Below are positions 44,256 to 47,795 of a stretch of DNA of 47,795 nt, one piece after another. The position numbers and the translations under genes were made by a program. Position 1 is the stretch's first letter. Every line of letters starts with the position of its first letter. The notes beneath the pieces are model-generated. The model searched no databases and was not told the DNA's origin. It was given only the letters and a program-made list of their open reading frames with translations. The stretch comes from a virus (lineage: Duplodnaviria > Caudoviricetes): positions 1 through 47,795 of IMG/VR virus record IMGVR_UViG_3300038393_000411; one strand, written 5' to 3'.

Positions 44256-45250
44256 GCTGCTGCTCCTGCGGTGCGTTGATAGTCCGCGTCTTCGGCGCTC
44301 ATGGTCGGCACCTGCTGCTCGGTTGCTTGCACGTCGATCGTGTTCGCGTCCTCTGCAGCCTGGCGCAGCTTCTGACGGTGCGCGGCGATCGCTTCCTTCA
44401 GTTTCTTGTGATCGGCCGGCTGGTTCGCGAGTTGGCCGTTGTGCGCCCTCCAGTAGTTCAGCGCGTCGGCGTCGCTCTTCGTGCGCAGTGCTTCTGCAAT
44501 CATCGGCGCGACGTCAATCCAGTCGTCGGGGCGATCTTGTGCGAGGCCTTCTTCGTTCGTTTGGTTCAGGTGGGTCATTGCATCGTCCAGGCGCTCGGTC
44601 TTTGGCCACAGTTTGTAGGCGCGCTTGATCACGGTCTTCTTGATCATTTCGCCCTCGTCCGTCAGCCACGGGCACGTGCTGACCTTCTTCTGGAGGTAGG
44701 CTTTCCATGCCTCGGAGCGGTCGCGGATGCTGTGCACGTCCTCGATCGACATCGCCGTGGTCAGGTAGTCACCGCTATGCGTCTTGACGACCACATAGGC
44801 GCCGACGATATCGCCGCGGTCCTTGCCGAACGGGTTGAATACGTGCGTCGGTGCCTTGTCGAAGCCGTTCAGTGTGAACCCATCGTTCTCGCGGACTATC
44901 TCGGCCTGCCCCCATAGGATCGAGCCCGACGCCACAGCCAGGTCGAGCAGGCCGATGTAGCTCAGGTCCAGACAGATCTCCATCTGGCCGTTGACCTTGC
45001 GTGGGATCAGGTACGCTTGCTTGCGTGCTGGGTTCAGGCTAATGCCGATGGCTGCGATGTTGGTCACGGCGTTGATGACCGACTGGCGGCTCTGCATCGC
45101 TACCTTGAGCGTGTAGTCGTTCTTCTGCAACTGCTGGATCGCAAAGCCGGACTCACGCTCAAAACTGAGGCTGCGGTCGACCAGGACGCGAGAGAAGTCG
45201 TCGCGCGCTTCCTGAATTGCGCCGGTCACGATGGCAAGGGCGTTACTCAT
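44252..45250 (-). CDS. recT: RecT-family single-strand annealing protein
   Basis: GISLNP..AYLIP, SY.GL, W..D..EM..KTVIKR motifs; paired with the exonuclease. Confidence 0.93.
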   Translation of the reverse strand: MSNALAIVTGAIQEARDDFSRVLVDRSLSFERESGFAIQQLQKNDYTLKVAMQSRQSVINAVTNIAAIGISLNPARKQAYLIPRKVNGQMEICLDLSYIGLLDLAVASGSILWGQAEIVRENDGFTLNGFDKAPTHVFNPFGKDRGDIVGAYVVVKTHSGDYLTTAMSIEDVHSIRDRSEAWKAYLQKKVSTCPWLTDEGEMIKKTVIKRAYKLWPKTERLDDAMTHLNQTNEEGLAQDRPDDWIDVAPMIAEALRTKSDADALNYWRAHNGQLANQPADHKKLKEAIAAHRQKLRQAAEDANTIDVQATEQQVPTMSAEDADYQRTAGAAA

Positions 45251-45310
45251 CTCTATCTCCAATTCGTGCTGCGTTCGTTAATCGGTGGGTTTTCGAGCGC
45301 GAGGCTTCGA

Positions 45311-45457
45311 TCACGGCACCAACTTCGTACAGGCGATCACCAGCACGTCGACCGCGCACAGCACCATCAAGCCCATCAGCTTGACCTTGGCGACGGCGAT
45401 CTCGCGCTCGGTGACGCGGCGCTTGGCGCTCACGACAGCTTGCGTATTGCGGTCCAT
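45311..45457 (-). CDS. 48-aa protein with C-terminal hydrophobic segment
   Basis: MDRNTQAVV..LMGLMVLCAVDVLVIACTKLVP; AAGGAG RBS. Confidence 0.6.
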   Translation of the reverse strand: MDRNTQAVVSAKRRVTEREIAVAKVKLMGLMVLCAVDVLVIACTKLVP

Positions 45458-45476
45458 GGCGATCTCCTTGGTTGAG

Positions 45477-45683
45477 TTACCAGCTGCGTATGGCGTTTCG
45501 GCGTCCTACCAGTTGTACGGCGCGCAAGCGCTGGTGGCGCTCCATTGGTGCAGCGGACTGGCGCAGATACCTGTAGAAGTCGGCCAGGTCTTCGGCCTCG
45601 CGCAGCGCGCGCTCGTTCCACCACAGGGCCGCGGGCTTGGCGAGCTTGCGCACTAGGCGGCGGGCGATGCGGGCGGCGATCAT
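45477..45683 (-). CDS. Small basic hypothetical protein
   Basis: ATGA overlap, GGAG RBS. Confidence 0.65.
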   Translation of the reverse strand: MIAARIARRLVRKLAKPAALWWNERALREAEDLADFYRYLRQSAAPMERHQRLRAVQLVGRRNAIRSW

Positions 45684-46006
45684 GCGGCGCTCCCGGTGGC
45701 TTTGGCGATGGCGGCGTGGGCGAGTTCATTAATGTCGCCTTCGCCCAAGCCACCTGGCTCTCTGTCGGGCTCCCAGAAGTAATTAACGACGGCCGCCAGA
45801 GCCTCCAGCAGTTCGGGCGCCGCCACGATCAGGCGAGCATCAGCGGTGCTCATGTGGCCGGAAATGGAAAAGCCTGGTTCGCGCTGATCCGTCGCTTCGG
45901 CCCAGAAGCCACAGCCTGCGAGGATGTTGTGGTAGTCCTCATCGGTGACATGGGCGGTGCTGGGTCCATCGAGCTCCCACGGCCCGGGCGTGTGCGTCGT
46001 TTCCAT
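45680..46006 (-). CDS. HTPGPW-motif phage protein
   Basis: HTPGPW..ADARLIVAAPELLEAL. Confidence 0.75.
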   Translation of the reverse strand: METTHTPGPWELDGPSTAHVTDEDYHNILAGCGFWAEATDQREPGFSISGHMSTADARLIVAAPELLEALAAVVNYFWEPDREPGGLGEGDINELAHAAIAKATGSAA

Positions 46007-46169
46007 CCTGCTGCTCCTTCGTTCTGGCCGGCGCCGCCGGCGGTTGTTGTTCGGGTGTGGTGCCCGTCTGTTCCGGGCCGTCACGGCATTTGAGATCCGA
46101 CTCCCTCTATTCACTGACCCGAGATCAGGGCAAGCCCTCCGTTGACGGGGAAGGGCGCTCCGTCGCGAA

Positions 46170-46451
46170 TCACACGGGCTCACCCGCTTCCATCAGCGCG
46201 GCCTCGATCAGAAAGAGCGGGATGTGTCGGTCGGTCTGGATCAAATTGCGCACTGCTTTCAAGACTTCCACGAGCTTTGGATGGGCGTTGCAGGCCTTGA
46301 CGATGTAGGCGGCGTCAAACTCGCGGTTCGGGTTCGACAGTTCCATCCTGGCCACGCTCAGGCCGCGCATGTCATCGCTGCGGCGCACGGTGCGGATGTA
46401 TCCGCCGGCTGCCTCGTAGGGCGTCTGCGTGTGTTGGGTTGTCGTGTTCAT
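46170..46451 (-). CDS. HTPGPW-like phage protein (paralog)
   Basis: HTQTPY..DAAYIVKACNAH..L.E.L. Confidence 0.7.
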   Translation of the reverse strand: MNTTTQHTQTPYEAAGGYIRTVRRSDDMRGLSVARMELSNPNREFDAAYIVKACNAHPKLVEVLKAVRNLIQTDRHIPLFLIEAALMEAGEPV

Positions 46452-46506
46452 GGTCTCGTCTCCTATCGGTGTCACACGGGCTAACCTGCTGCGGCTAGGG
46501 CGGCGA

Positions 46507-46776
46507 TCATTTGGAGCTCGCTGAAACAAGCGCATCCATAACCAGCTTTTGGGTTTCGGGCTCCATGAATTGAAATGGGAGCGTGTCTGCGACCATCGCC
46601 AGGGCCAGATGCATAGAGTCGAATGCATTGCAAGCGCGGACGATGAAACTGCCAGTAGCCGCATCTCGCGCTGTCATAAACTGCTTGGCGTCTGCATCGA
46701 AAATATCTACATCGCCAGTCACGCTATCGACTTCCACGCTCCACGGCGTCGGCGTATGCTTTTCTGTCACATTCAT
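46507..46776 (-). CDS. HTPGPW-like phage protein (paralog)
   Basis: HTPTPW..FIVRACNA. Confidence 0.7.
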   Translation of the reverse strand: MNVTEKHTPTPWSVEVDSVTGDVDIFDADAKQFMTARDAATGSFIVRACNAFDSMHLALAMVADTLPFQFMEPETQKLVMDALVSASSK

Positions 46777-46816
46777 GGTCTCTGCTCCTTATCCGTTGAA
46801 CTGCGCTGTATCAGTC

Positions 46817-46914
46817 ACAAGGGAGTCGGCTGCCCCGGTTTCCCGGTCCGCTCGGTGACAGCCGCCGCATACGCCTCACCGAATGGGCGCATGCAGCACA
46901 ACCGACTCTCTTGT
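46817..46914 (-). ncRNA. Candidate pseudoknotted structured RNA
   Basis: 16-bp closing stem, 13-bp inner stem with G-U pairs, 8-bp loop pseudoknot and a GAAA-capped hairpin. Confidence 0.6.
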
Positions 46915-47046
46915 AACGCCCGTCTCTCCGGGCTGCCCGACATGCCGCGCGTCCTTAAACCTCGGGAGAAGCGAGGGACCCAGGACTTCCAAAACGCACA
47001 TGTCTGCTGGTGTTATCTCCCGACATCCAGCTGCGGTCTGCTGTAC

Positions 47047-47289
47047 TCAGGAATATTCGTATCCGGCTTGGCGGCGCTGGTACGGCTTTGCCGGTCGATC
47101 CAACCGCATCGCCTTGTGTTCCGCCCATGCCTCGGCTTGAAGCTCCGCGCTCGGCGCCATGTACTGCACGATGGTGCGCACGACCCAGTACTGCTTATCG
47201 AGCTCCCACTGCGGGGCAGGGTGGCGACCCAGGCGCATGTCGTCGATCACGTGGCGCATGGCGATGTCGCCGATGGACGGGGCGCTCAA
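47047..47289 (-). CDS. Hypothetical protein
   Basis: TTG start overlapping the upstream stop; GGAGG RBS; start position uncertain. Confidence 0.6.
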   Translation of the reverse strand: MSAPSIGDIAMRHVIDDMRLGRHPAPQWELDKQYWVVRTIVQYMAPSAELQAEAWAEHKAMRLDRPAKPYQRRQAGYEYS

Positions 47290-47588
47290 ATCGACCTCCA
47301 CTGGTGATCGAGGCGCGACATCTCGCGTTCGTGGTCAAACCGCTCGGCGCGTGCCTCTACGCGGCTCATGCGGTAGGCTTCGCTCGCTTTGCGGTCGAGC
47401 CATACACCCATCAGATCGAGCGTGTCGTCGTTCAGGATGTAGGCCAGGCTCGTTGCCGAACCAACCAGCGTAGCGGTGACGACGATGTGGCCGCGGTCCT
47501 CGTTGGCCGGCAGGCCGTACAGGTCGAGGTTGATACCAGGTCCGTACGGGTAGCCGCTGTGCAGCAGCTTCATGCTTTCGATCGACAT
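47286..47588 (-). CDS. Hypothetical protein
   Basis: GGAGG RBS and codon bias. Confidence 0.7.
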   Translation of the reverse strand: MSIESMKLLHSGYPYGPGINLDLYGLPANEDRGHIVVTATLVGSATSLAYILNDDTLDLMGVWLDRKASEAYRMSRVEARAERFDHEREMSRLDHQWRSI

Positions 47589-47598
47589 GGCTGCCTCC

Positions 47599-47739
47599 TC
47601 AACGGCCACAGTTGGTGTTCTTGGCCGGGGCGGTCATGTACCAGCCAAGTGCGCGGCGGACCTCTGCCGGCGTCGGGGGTACAGTCTTTTCCTGCTGGCG
47701 CTGCTGCATCCACTTCCGGACTTCCTCTTTGCTCGGCAT
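47599..47739 (-). CDS. 46-aa hypothetical protein
   Basis: MPSKEEVRKWMQQRQ..PPTPAEVRRALGW; GGAG RBS. Confidence 0.65.
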   Translation of the reverse strand: MPSKEEVRKWMQQRQQEKTVPPTPAEVRRALGWYMTAPAKNTNCGR

Positions 47740-47795
47740 GATCGACTCCGTTTAGTTGACGTTCAGGATCAAAGAAACTTCGTGTACAAGGTGGT

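Larger units (their letters stand above)
1..47795. mobile_element. Temperate siphovirus-like phage genome segment, probably the excised/circular form
   Basis: Complete head-tail-lysis gene order, integrase, and arm-type repeats on both sides of a central att region. No host housekeeping genes are seen. Confidence 0.95.

Overview
The window holds about 47.8 kb of a temperate, long-non-contractile-tailed (siphovirus-like) phage genome. The host is probably a high-GC betaproteobacterium (Burkholderiales-like; inferred from gene families and a CTGT-N8-ACAG LexA box). Left to right on the + strand: the end of a delayed-early operon (tandem wHTH, VRR-NUC, Q-like antiterminator, HNH); a pR'-like late promoter and terminator; a structured non-coding tract with a moron and an inverted hicAB pair; terminase, portal, scaffold and capsid; head-tail and tail genes (frameshifted chaperone, tape measure, GTA-like tail tip, fibres); a lysis cassette; a metallophosphoesterase; and a LexA-box gene pair. 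On the - strand follow a tyrosine integrase, an apparently intact attP, an excisionase and a leftward early operon (DpdA/TGT-like protein, HNH-type gene, NinB, YqaJ exonuclease, RecT, many small mosaic genes). Immunity and replication genes are not in the window. The strongest leads are: (1) an attP carrying an RBS plus the first seven codons (MKIATFN) of an exonuclease-III/EEP-like gene; (2) an internally duplicated moron protein flanked by two similar sRNA-like modules; (3) two pseudoknot-capable RNAs (15291-15367 and 46817-46914); (4) a baseplate hub fused to a beta-helix domain; (5) an orphan DpdA-like gene. All protein assignments come from motif recognition and synteny, not database searches.
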